64,000 nt of DNA from NCBI GenBank assembly GCA_963828255.1, contig CAWHDZ010000026.1:32001-96000 (forward strand), given 5' to 3'. Each line of letters opens with the position of its first letter. Position 1 is the stretch's first letter. The DNA is from an uncultured delta proteobacterium (GTDB taxonomy: Bacteria > Myxococcota > Myxococcia > Myxococcales > Anaeromyxobacteraceae). Positions 29,701 through 38,540 of this stretch are shown piece by piece. Below the pieces are notes generated by a model. That model saw only the letters and a list, made by a program, of their open reading frames with translations, was not told the DNA's origin and searched no databases. The position numbers and the translations under genes were made by a program.

Positions 29701-31164
29701 GTGTCCCTGCGCTCCGGCGAGATCGCGCTCCTCATCGAGGAGCTCCGCCCCCTGGTGGGGTCGCGCGTCGACGCGGTGCGGGTTCACTCCGAGCGGCTCG
29801 TCACCCTGGAACTGCGCGGTCCGGCCGGCGACGCCACCCTGCTCCTCTCCGCCGAGCCGGACCTCACCCGCCTCCACGCCGCCACCTGGCGCCCCCCGTC
29901 CCATCCCGAGCCGCTGGCCTTCCAGGTCGCGCTGCGCCGCGAGATCAGTGGCGCCCGGCTCGCGTCCATCGAGGCTCCCGGCGGGGATCGGCTGGTGGCA
30001 TTGCGTTTCGAGCGCCCGGCCGGCCCCGTGTCGCTCCTGGCCGAGCTGACCGGGCGGAACGGAAACCTCCTCCTCGTGGACGGAGCCGGCGTCGTCCGGG
30101 CCATGGCAGGCCGGAACCTCTCCCAGCGCCGGGCGCTCCTGCCGGGCGCCCCGTACCTCCCGCCGGAGGCCCGGGAGGGGGACGGCGAGGCGCCCCGCTT
30201 CGCGCCGGTGGAGGGCGCGCCGTTTCCCGTCTCCGCCGCGGTCGAGGCCTTCTACCGGAGGCTCGAGGAGGAGCGCGCCCTCTCGGCCGCACGCCGCCGC
30301 CTGCGCGAGCCGCTGCGGGCGGGGGTGGCCCGGTCGCGCCGGGCGCTCGAGAAGCTCGCCGACGAGGCGGCGCGCGTACCCGCGGCCGAGGCCGACCGGC
30401 GCGCCGCCGACCTCCTCAAGCAGAACCTCCGCGCGGTCCCGCGCGGAGCCCGGGAGGTCGCCGTCACCGAGTGGACCGAGGACGGCCCCATCCACGTGAC
30501 GCTGGCCATCGACCCGGCGCTCACGCCGCGCGCCAACATGGAGCGCTTCTACCGGCGCTACCGGCGCATCGCCGAGAGCGCCGCCCGGGTCGAGGCCCGC
30601 GTCGGCGAGGTGAGGGCGAGGCTCGCGGCCACCGAGGCGCTGCTCGCCGAGCTCGAATCCGCCCCGCCCGAGGCGCTGCCGCGGCTCGAGCGGGAGGCAC
30701 GCAAGGTCGGCGCCGCACCGCGCGTGCAGCGCCCGCCCCGCCGGCGCGACGAGAAGCCGGCCGCTCCCTACCGGACCTTCCGGTCGGCAGCCGGCCTCCT
30801 CGTCCTGGTGGGGCGCGGCGCCGCCGAGAACGATCAGCTGACCGTGCGGGTGGCCAAGGGAAACGACGTCTGGCTTCACGCCCGCGGCCGCACCGGCGCC
30901 CACGTCGTCCTGCGGCTCCCCAAGGGGCGAGCCCCCGATCAGGAGAGCCTGCTCGACGCGGCCCACCTGGCCGCCCACTTCAGCGACGCCCGGGGGGAGG
31001 CCGCTCCCGAGGTGGTCTACACGCGCGTGAAGCACGTCCGGAAGGTGAAGGGGGCCGCCCCCGGGGCCGTGACCTACAGCCAGGAGAAGGGGATGGCGCT
31101 GCGGGTGGAGCCGTCGCGCCTCACGCGGCTCCTCCTGGGGGAGTCCGACGGGGAGCCTTCGTGA
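29701..31164 (+). CDS. rqcH: RqcH/NFACT (FbpA-like) ribosome quality-control factor
   Basis: NFACT-N DRLV.L.F...L.AELTGRNGN.LLVD, coiled coil, N...FY.RYRR, and NFACT-R VGR...END.L......D.WLHA....GAHVV. Confidence 0.9.
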   Translation: MSLRSGEIALLIEELRPLVGSRVDAVRVHSERLVTLELRGPAGDATLLLSAEPDLTRLHAATWRPPSHPEPLAFQVALRREISGARLASIEAPGGDRLVALRFERPAGPVSLLAELTGRNGNLLLVDGAGVVRAMAGRNLSQRRALLPGAPYLPPEAREGDGEAPRFAPVEGAPFPVSAAVEAFYRRLEEERALSAARRRLREPLRAGVARSRRALEKLADEAARVPAAEADRRAADLLKQNLRAVPRGAREVAVTEWTEDGPIHVTLAIDPALTPRANMERFYRRYRRIAESAARVEARVGEVRARLAATEALLAELESAPPEALPRLEREARKVGAAPRVQRPPRRRDEKPAAPYRTFRSAAGLLVLVGRGAAENDQLTVRVAKGNDVWLHARGRTGAHVVLRLPKGRAPDQESLLDAAHLAAHFSDARGEAAPEVVYTRVKHVRKVKGAAPGAVTYSQEKGMALRVEPSRLTRLLLGESDGEPS

Positions 31165-31913
31165 GCGCGGCCAGGGGTCAGCTCGATCTCTCCTTCGACG
31201 CCCGCGAGGCGGGGAGGACGGACCGCGTCGCCGCCGCCGAGCGGCTGGCCGACGAGGTGGCCGCCCGCATCGGCGAGCCTGTCCGGCTCGTGGTGCACGA
31301 CAACCGGCACACCATGGTCTCCTTCCGCCGCGAGCGGACGGCCATCCAGCTCCGCGTCCACCACCTCTTCCTGGGCTGCCCTCCCGAGGTGACCGAGGCG
31401 CTGGCCGGGTTCGTCCGGCCGGAGCGGCGCGCCAGCCGCCGGGAAGCCTCGCGCGTCATCGACGGGTGGGTGCGGATCCACCGGGAGCGGATCTCCCCGC
31501 CGCGCACCGGGCGGCTCCATGCGCGCGGGCGGGTCCACGATCTGCAGGCCATCCTCGATCGCCTCAACGCCGATCACTTCGGCGGGTCGGTCGAGGCCAG
31601 GATCGGCTGGGGGCGGAGCGGGGCCCTGCCCGGGCGCACCTCCATCCGCACCGGGGTGTACCTGCACGCCGCCCGCGCCATCCGCATCCACCCCGCGCTC
31701 GACCGGGAGGAGGTGCCGGTCTTCTACGTGGAGTTCGTGGTCTTCCACGAGATGCTTCACCAGGTGGTCCCGCCGGCCGAGCGGGGGGGGCGCCGGAGCA
31801 TCCACGGCCGGGAGTTCCGGCGGCGGGAGCGGTCCTTTCCCGGGCAGGCCCGTGCGGCCGCCTGGGAGAAGGAGAACGTGCACCTCCTGCTGGCAAAACC
31901 GGGACGACGGTAG
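31161..31913 (+). CDS. SprT-like HExxH zinc metalloprotease domain protein
   Basis: LN..HF.G.....I.W...G.Y......IRIHPALD......FVVFHEMLH...H...F; GTGA overlap with rqcH. Confidence 0.8.
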   Translation: MSAARGQLDLSFDAREAGRTDRVAAAERLADEVAARIGEPVRLVVHDNRHTMVSFRRERTAIQLRVHHLFLGCPPEVTEALAGFVRPERRASRREASRVIDGWVRIHRERISPPRTGRLHARGRVHDLQAILDRLNADHFGGSVEARIGWGRSGALPGRTSIRTGVYLHAARAIRIHPALDREEVPVFYVEFVVFHEMLHQVVPPAERGGRRSIHGREFRRRERSFPGQARAAAWEKENVHLLLAKPGRR

Positions 31914-34178
31914 TCAGGCGGCCGTCGCCGGCTCGCGCCGCAGTCTCCGGCTGCGCATCCAGAGCGCGCCCACGAGAAGCGCGAGCGTCCCGAGCGACAC
32001 CGCCGCGCCCATCGTCACCCAGCGGTTCCGGTAGGTGAGGCGAAGCTCGTGGGTGCCGGCCGGGACCGGCACCGCCTGGAAGGCGAAGTCGGCGCGGAGG
32101 ATGGGCGCGGGCTCGCCGTCCACGGTGGCCGTCCAGCCCGGGTAGAAGGGATCGAGGATCACCGCCAGACCGTCGCGCGGCGCCACCACCGTGGCCTGCA
32201 GCGACGGGCCGTCCACCCGGATCCCCTCGGCTGCCACCGGCCCCTCGGGTGGGCCCGGCGGCGGGAGCCCCGGCGGCGGCTCGGCGAGCACGGCCCGGTC
32301 GCCGGCGGCGGCGCGGAGCAGCGGCCCGGTGACCTCGACGTCGGGCGCCACCTCCCACGACCCGGTCCAGAAGACCCGCGGCAGGGCCGGCGCGTGGAAG
32401 CCGATCATGCGGTTCTCCCATTCCCGCCTCCCGATGAAGAAGTCGTGGAGGCCGCGCTGGGGCCGATCCGAGATCACGAGGGGAGTTGCGAGGAGCGGCC
32501 AGAGCCGCGACCGGGGGTCCGCCGACGGGAAGGTGGCGTCCCCGTCCATGGCGCCGAGCCGCACCACCTCGTCGCGTCTCGTCCCCTCGAGCAGTTCCCG
32601 GACACGCTGGATCGACATGGGGCCGTAGCCCATCGTCCCCTCCCACCCGTTGCGGAGCGGAGCGTTGATGGAGGCGCCCCACTTCGCCACGACGCCCACG
32701 CGCCGAGGCGCCGGCGCCGCTGGCACCAAGGGGGAGAAGTCGGCCAGCCCCGGTCGCTCGGTCACGGCCGGCGAGAAGTCGTTGAACCGGGAGAAGAGGT
32801 ACCAGGGCTCGTAGAAGGCCAGCGCCACCATGGCGCCGCCGGCCAGGGCTCCGCGCACCCCGCGCCAGGCCGCGGCCACCCAGAGCGCCCCGAGCCCCGC
32901 CATCACCAGGGCGAACCAGGCGGTCCTCCGGGTCGCCGCCGGGTCGAAGGGGAAGCCTGGAAGCCGGGGGAGGAGGAGCGCCAGCGCGGCGACCACGGCC
33001 AGGACCGAAAGGCTCCGGGCCAGCCGGGCGCGCGTCGGGTCGCGGCGCAGGGCCTCGAGCCCCTCGGCGGCGAGCAGCGCCACGGCGAAGGCGGTGACGA
33101 GCAGCCCGCGGGTCGGGACCCGGAAGCTGCCGTAGCCGGGGAGGATCTTGTAGAGCAGCCAGTGCAGGTGGAGCGGAGCGCGTTCCCCCAGCGCGAGCCA
33201 GGGACCGAGCAGCGCCAGCACCGCGAAGAGGATCACGCCCCGCCGCCGCGCCGGGGCGGCCGCGCAGAGCGCCAGCGCCGGGATCCCCACGTACCCGGTG
33301 GCCTCCCAGAGGTTGAGCCCCCAGCGCCCGTCCCCGTAGGCATGGGGGAGCACGTAGAGCGCCAGACCCCAGGCGTCGGGCCAGCGCCAGCTGGTGACGA
33401 AGGAGTAGTCCACCACCACCGAGCGCGGACCCATGCGGGCGAGCTCCAGCGTGGGGAGGACCAGCACCGAGGCGAGGACGAAGCCGATGGGCACGATGGC
33501 CACCGCCCAGGCGGCGTCGGCGCGGCGCGTGGGCCAGAGGTCCACCGCGATGCGGAGCGCGTAGAGCCCGGCCACGATGCACCCGAAGTGGGCCATCTGG
33601 GGGGAGCCGCCCAGCCAGGCGAGCGCGGTGGCGACGGCGGCGAGGAGGAGGAAGCGGGAGCGGCGCTGCGCCGCGAATCCCTCCAGCCCGGCCAGCATCC
33701 AGGGCCAGAAGGCCGTGGTGGCGGCGAAGTTCCAGTGGATGACGTGGACGGTCTGCTTGGCGCCGAGGGCGAAGAGGACCGCGGCGAGCAGCCCCGAGGC
33801 CGGGGCGAGGCCGCGCAGCCGCATCCAGGCCGCCATGCCCCAGCCGGCGATGGTGAGGTGGAGCAGCGTCGCGATGGTGAGCGCGCGGGGCGCGTCCCAG
33901 GGGAGGGTGAGCCAGGTGGTGGGGGCGAAGACCGCCGCCTGCGGATCCGCGACCAGCGGGTAGCCCATGTAGAAGCCACGCTGCCAGAGCGGCAGCTCGC
34001 CTTGCCGGAGGGCGGTGGCCACCGCCTCCCGCACCCCGAAGAAGAAGTAGCGGAGGTCGGAGCCGGAGAAGGCCATCCCCGGCCGGGCCGCCGTCCAGTG
34101 GAAGGCCACCACCAGCACCGGGACAACCGCGAAGACGCCCCACCACGCCCACTCCCGCCGCCTCCCATCCGACGTCAC
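31914..34178 (-). CDS. YfhO-family GT-C membrane glycosyltransferase
   Basis: Multi-TM N-terminus (ELPLW.....GYP.VADPQ); C-terminal YPGWTATVDG...ILRAD.AFQAV.VPAG.H.L.L.Y motif. Confidence 0.85.
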   Translation of the reverse strand: MTSDGRRREWAWWGVFAVVPVLVVAFHWTAARPGMAFSGSDLRYFFFGVREAVATALRQGELPLWQRGFYMGYPLVADPQAAVFAPTTWLTLPWDAPRALTIATLLHLTIAGWGMAAWMRLRGLAPASGLLAAVLFALGAKQTVHVIHWNFAATTAFWPWMLAGLEGFAAQRRSRFLLLAAVATALAWLGGSPQMAHFGCIVAGLYALRIAVDLWPTRRADAAWAVAIVPIGFVLASVLVLPTLELARMGPRSVVVDYSFVTSWRWPDAWGLALYVLPHAYGDGRWGLNLWEATGYVGIPALALCAAAPARRRGVILFAVLALLGPWLALGERAPLHLHWLLYKILPGYGSFRVPTRGLLVTAFAVALLAAEGLEALRRDPTRARLARSLSVLAVVAALALLLPRLPGFPFDPAATRRTAWFALVMAGLGALWVAAAWRGVRGALAGGAMVALAFYEPWYLFSRFNDFSPAVTERPGLADFSPLVPAAPAPRRVGVVAKWGASINAPLRNGWEGTMGYGPMSIQRVRELLEGTRRDEVVRLGAMDGDATFPSADPRSRLWPLLATPLVISDRPQRGLHDFFIGRREWENRMIGFHAPALPRVFWTGSWEVAPDVEVTGPLLRAAAGDRAVLAEPPPGLPPPGPPEGPVAAEGIRVDGPSLQATVVAPRDGLAVILDPFYPGWTATVDGEPAPILRADFAFQAVPVPAGTHELRLTYRNRWVTMGAAVSLGTLALLVGALWMRSRRLRREPATAA

Positions 34179-35356
34179 GCCGCGACCTCCCTCGCCGCGC
34201 CGCCGGCGGGACGACCGGTGGCGCGCAGCTGGACCACGAGCCAGGCCGCGAAGGCGGCGTAGACGGCGGTGCGAAGAAGCTCCTCCGCGTAGTACCAGCC
34301 GTCGAAGAACGAGAAGGTGCCGCGCCCGGAGCGGACCTCGAACGCCAGGTGGTGGTCCACCACCGAGATCGCGGCGAGCGCGACGAAGAGCCAGCCCGGC
34401 CCGGCCACCAGCGCGCCGGCCGCGAAGGCGTAGAGGGCGTACTGCGGGCTCCACACCTTGTTGGTGGCAACCCAGGCGACGAGCACGAGCGCGGTGCCGA
34501 GCCGGACGGCCCGGACCCGGGAGGCGGGGGCGGAGCGGTAGGCCATTGCAGCCGCGGCGACGGCCGCGGCAAGAACGATCGCCCCGGCGATCAGGTTCAG
34601 CGCCGCCGGATCCTTCACCCGGAGCACCTCCCACACCGAGTTCTCCGCCGACCGTGCGCCGTTGAAGCGCCAGAACCAGGCCCAGTTCCCCGGCGCGGAG
34701 AGCGCCACCGGAAGGTTCACGAGCAGCGTCACGGCCAGGAACGCTCCCCCGGCCCGCGCCAGTTCCCCGAACCGCCTGCGCCCGGCGAGTTCCCCGATCG
34801 CCGCCGGAAGGAGCGCCACGGGCCAGAGCTTGGCAGAGACCCCCAGCGCCGACAGCAGCCCCGCCGCCGCCGGCCGCTCCCGCTCCGCCGCCAGCACCGC
34901 GGCGAGGAGGAGCGCGATGGGGATGAGATCCCAGTTGAGCGCACCGAAGTAGGCGATGGCCGGGGTCCCAGCGAGCCACCATGGGCTCGCGCCGGGGAGG
35001 CGCCGCAGGAGGGCGACGGCCGCGAGCAGGCAGAGCCAGAGTCCCACGACGCTCACCGTGAAGTGCACGATCTGTCCCCCCGGCAGGAAGGACGGGGCCC
35101 AGAGGGCCGCCCCGAGCAGCACCGGGTACTCGATGCGGTCCTCCACGTAGGGCAGCGGCCTTCCCCCGTGAAGGTAGCGGTCGCCGGTCATGGCGAGCAG
35201 GTCGGAGTAGGCGTGGGTCCGGAAGGCCCAGGGGCGGTAGGCGACGCCCGGGTGCTCGACTCCGCGCACGAGGAAAGCCCACCCCAGAGCCATCCAGGCG
35301 GTGGCGACGAGATAGGGGGCGGCGCTGCGGAGGCGATCTCTGCCGGACTGCGACAT
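34175..35356 (-). CDS. GT87-like polyprenol-phosphate-sugar-dependent glycosyltransferase (GT-C)
   Basis: YSD....LPY.....EYPVL, NWD, KLWP and NKVWSPQY motifs; multi-TM. Confidence 0.82.
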   Translation of the reverse strand: MSQSGRDRLRSAAPYLVATAWMALGWAFLVRGVEHPGVAYRPWAFRTHAYSDLLAMTGDRYLHGGRPLPYVEDRIEYPVLLGAALWAPSFLPGGQIVHFTVSVVGLWLCLLAAVALLRRLPGASPWWLAGTPAIAYFGALNWDLIPIALLLAAVLAAERERPAAAGLLSALGVSAKLWPVALLPAAIGELAGRRRFGELARAGGAFLAVTLLVNLPVALSAPGNWAWFWRFNGARSAENSVWEVLRVKDPAALNLIAGAIVLAAAVAAAAMAYRSAPASRVRAVRLGTALVLVAWVATNKVWSPQYALYAFAAGALVAGPGWLFVALAAISVVDHHLAFEVRSGRGTFSFFDGWYYAEELLRTAVYAAFAAWLVVQLRATGRPAGGAAREVAA

Positions 35357-35406
35357 CGGAGGCGGGATGATTAGCAGGGAGACCGGCGGCGGTCTACCAT
35401 GCCTGG

Positions 35407-36039
35407 GTGAGCACGCTCGAGCGCGTGGTGGCGGCCCTCGCCGAGGCGCTCGCGCGGACCGGCCCGGCGGCGCCGGCCATCCTCTTCCTGGGAAGCCTGG
35501 TCGAGTACGTCTTTCCGCCGTTCCCGGGGGACACGCTGGTCGTGCTGGGAGCCTGGTACGCGGTGAACGGCAAGATCTCCTGGCCGGTGGCCTTTGGCGC
35601 GACGACGGCCGGGGCGGTGGTCGGGGCCTGGATCGACTACCGCATCGGGGCGGCGCTGGGCAGGGCGCTCGAGCGCGGCGCGGCGCGTCGGGGCCCGGTC
35701 ACGCTGGAGCACGTGCGGAAGGTCGAGGCGGGCTACGCACGGTGGGGGGCGTGGTTCCTGCTCGCCAACCGCTTCCTTCCCGGGGTCCGGGCCTTCCTCT
35801 TCGTGGGCGCGGGGGCGGCGCGCCTGCCGGTGGGAAAGGTCCTCCTCTGGGGCGGCGTCTCGGCGGCGGTGTGGAACGGGCTTCTCCTCCTGGTGGGCGC
35901 CTTCCTGGTCCGGAACCTCGACGAGTTCGTGCGCCTGCTCCAGCGCTACACCGTGGCGGCCTGGGTGGGGATGGCGGTGGTGGCGGCGGCGCTCCTCGCG
36001 TGGTTCGCCGTCGGCGCGATCCGGAGGAGGAAGGGATGA
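35407..36039 (+). CDS. DedA family membrane protein
   Basis: E...PPFPGD....G, GA...Y.IG, RFLPGVR....GAG. Confidence 0.92.
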   Translation: MSTLERVVAALAEALARTGPAAPAILFLGSLVEYVFPPFPGDTLVVLGAWYAVNGKISWPVAFGATTAGAVVGAWIDYRIGAALGRALERGAARRGPVTLEHVRKVEAGYARWGAWFLLANRFLPGVRAFLFVGAGAARLPVGKVLLWGGVSAAVWNGLLLLVGAFLVRNLDEFVRLLQRYTVAAWVGMAVVAAALLAWFAVGAIRRRKG

Positions 36040-37031
36040 GCCCTCTCCTGCTCGCGCTGCTCGCGCTGCTGCCGGACGCTGCCTCGCGCCTCTACCGGGT
36101 CGAGATCGGTGGCCAGGCGGTGGGGATGGCGACGCTCTCGGTGCGTTGCGATCGGGCCCGCTGCACCGGACTCTTCGAGACGTCGTTCCGGCTTCCCGAG
36201 GCGGGCGGAGGCGGGGTGGCGCGACGGAAGGTGAAGGTGACCACCGACCGCCAGGGGATGCTCCTCGACGCCGAGGCGGGAGGGAAGCGCAGGAAGGGCG
36301 CGGGCGACGGGGTGGCCTCGATCCTGGCGGAGGCCCTGCTCGCCGGGGCGGCGGAGGGGGAGCGCCGCTGCCTCGACGTGGAGGACGCCGAGACCGGCCG
36401 GCCGGGGAGGGCCTGCGCCACCCGGCGCGGTGCGTGGCTCGCGGGGGAGGTCCTGGGGGAGCCGGTTCGCTTCCGCGCAGCCGCGGGAGGACTTCCCGAC
36501 GAGGTGCTGCTCCCCGCGCAGGAGACCCGCTTCGTGGCCGACCCGGCTGCGGCGGTCCCTCCGCGGGCGCCGGCCACCTTCGGGAGCGCGGTGCCGGCCC
36601 CGCCCGGCGCCGAGCTCGAGCGGTCGCTGCTCTTCTGCGGGCTCGCCCCGGAGCCCGAGGATCCCGCGCCGCCTCCGGCCGGGCTGCCGCGCGACTTCCC
36701 GGAGCGGGGCAACTGCCAGCAGATGTCGGAGGCCTACCTGCGCTCCGCCCGGGAGGACGGCCTCGACGGCCGCCTCGTCGTCGGCGTGGCCTGGGACGGG
36801 CGGCGCTTCGTCTGGCACGAATGGGTGGAGGTGGCGGCGGCGCGGCGCTGGACCGCGGTGGACCCGAGCTTCCGCCAGCTTCCCGCCCAGGCGCCGCGCT
36901 TCGCCGTGGCGCGGTTCGCTCCGGGTGACGAGGCCGGCCGGGCCGAGGCGGGGAGGAAGGTGCTCTCGTGCTGGGGAAAGGCGAGGGTCACCACGGCGCC
37001 GTCTACCCCCACGGCGCCGTCTACGCAGTAG
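36036..37031 (+). CDS. Secreted transglutaminase-like (Cys-His-Asp) domain protein
   Basis: Hydrophobic N-terminus; GNC, VVG......WHEWVEV....W..VDP triad motifs. Confidence 0.8.
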   Translation: MSPLLLALLALLPDAASRLYRVEIGGQAVGMATLSVRCDRARCTGLFETSFRLPEAGGGGVARRKVKVTTDRQGMLLDAEAGGKRRKGAGDGVASILAEALLAGAAEGERRCLDVEDAETGRPGRACATRRGAWLAGEVLGEPVRFRAAAGGLPDEVLLPAQETRFVADPAAAVPPRAPATFGSAVPAPPGAELERSLLFCGLAPEPEDPAPPPAGLPRDFPERGNCQQMSEAYLRSAREDGLDGRLVVGVAWDGRRFVWHEWVEVAAARRWTAVDPSFRQLPAQAPRFAVARFAPGDEAGRAEAGRKVLSCWGKARVTTAPSTPTAPSTQ

Positions 37032-37037
37032 ACGGCG
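36991..37037. repeat. 16-nt direct repeat plus inverted copy at the transglutaminase/HNH junction
   Basis: CCACGGCGCCGTCTAC at 36991-37006 and 37009-37024; inverted GTAGACGGCG at 37028-37037. Confidence 0.8.
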
Positions 37038-37919
37038 CAGGTCTCGCGCACGACCGGGTTCCTCGGAGTGAACAGAATCCATGTGGGCGTCGCCGTAGAC
37101 CTGGCGCGCGGCTTCCCCGTTGTGGACGTCGCAGAGGACCCTGCAGTTCTCGACCGTGGACGGCCCGCCCCTCCCGCGCGGCACCACGTGGTCGATCTCC
37201 AGCCTCACCTCCGAGCCGCAGACCCCACCCGAATCGAGCTTCCACTGGCACTTGCCCTCGTCCCGCTTGCGAACCTCCCGTTTCACCCTGGGCGGAACGC
37301 TGGCCCGCCTCAGCTTCGCGACCAGCGCCCTCGACACGGTGACGTGGATCCGGCTCACCGTGGAGGTGAGCGGCTCGACCACGGTCCTCGCCGGTCCCCG
37401 CGCTGGTACTGGCGCAAGGTCCGGAGCAGTCGCCGAAAGTTCACTCGGATGAACCGGGAAAGTCGTTGATTTCACTGGGCCCGGGATCTCGGTGACCACC
37501 GTCCTCCTCGGCACGACGGCCGCAGGCATGATCTCCACCGCGACCTGCTTCGCCTCCTGCTTCGAGCAGTGGAAGGACTTCGGCAGCACCTCGGCCCGGT
37601 TCGCCTCGGTCATGACCTTCGCCAGCTGGACGATGCTGGTCAGGCACAGCCGCCCGTCCCTCAGCGGATCCACGACCTCGGGGAACCGGCCGACGAGCCT
37701 GGCCGCCACCTTCCGGTAGTGGGCCGCTCCCCGGGACACCTTCAACTCCCGGAGCAAGTAGTCGAAGAGGTTGGCGAAGCCCAGCCTCCTGTACGCCCCG
37801 GCCCGGTCGAACTCCGAGAGGGCGACGAGGAAGTCTGCGAGCGCGACGCGCTCTCGGCGGAGAAGGTCGGCGAGATGGCCGGAGGATTCGCGGGCCTGGA
37901 CGAGGTTCGTGTCGTTCAT
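37032..37919 (-). pseudogene. HNH endonuclease (DUF222/13E12-like N-terminus), probably damaged at the 3' end
   Basis: CQW......CGS...LEIDHVVP..RGG.ST..NCRVLC..HN; no stop near the end of the domain, so the frame runs antisense through the neighbouring gene to 35946; likely frameshift near 37076. Confidence 0.7.
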
Positions 37920-38215
37920 GAATCCACTGTCTCACGGGAATTTGCGCCCTCCCCAGACGCACGAGGAAGGCCGCTGACGCGACCTCCCGCGCGAAGATCT
38001 CGAACCCCGCCACCAATCCCGATCGTCGCTCCACGGCGCGATGCGGTCGCCACGGGCGCCTTCCATGCGCGACGAGTTGCCGGAACGTGAAATCATCGCG
38101 GAACGCGTCAAGCGCTTTCCGCGCACGCCCCATCTGCCCGATGGTCCGCGAAACGGACGGTCGCCTGTTTCGCGGCGCCGCCCCCCGGTGTCCGTCCCCC
38201 GTGGAGAATGGAGCG

Positions 38216-38527
38216 ATGGACGCGTTTCACCTCCTCGAACCGAAGCGCAACCGGCCCATCGACCCCGGCCTGCTCTCCGACATCCTCCGGAGTGCAGGGA
38301 TCGGCAAGGGCGGTCCGCACATCCGCTGCCCCCTCTGCCGCTGGCGGCCCGGGCCGGACGACCGGTGGCTGTGCGGCTGCGGAGAGGTCTGGAACACCTT
38401 CCGGACCGGCGGCGAGTGTCCAGCCTGCCTCCACCAGTGGACCAAGACCAGCTGCCTGGCCTGCCACCGCTGGTCGCCGCACCAGGCCTGGTACGAACGC
38501 GCTCCCGACCCGGGCGCCGGGGCCTGA
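38216..38527 (+). CDS. Small Cys/Trp-rich zinc-ribbon protein
   Basis: CPLC, CGC, CPAC and CLAC...H motifs; 103 aa. Confidence 0.8.
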   Translation: MDAFHLLEPKRNRPIDPGLLSDILRSAGIGKGGPHIRCPLCRWRPGPDDRWLCGCGEVWNTFRTGGECPACLHQWTKTSCLACHRWSPHQAWYERAPDPGAGA

Positions 38528-38540
38528 GGGAGCGCACCCG

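Noticed and set aside
35946..37031. Long C-terminal extension of the 657-aa HNH ORF as a real domain
   Set aside because: It is the antisense read of the transglutaminase-like gene, caused by the missing stop
36991..37037. Short repeats as a mini CRISPR array
   Set aside because: Two 16-nt units with a 2-nt spacer, and no cas genes
37032..37919. HNH protein as IscB/Cas9-like
   Set aside because: No RuvC motifs or PLMP N-terminus visible
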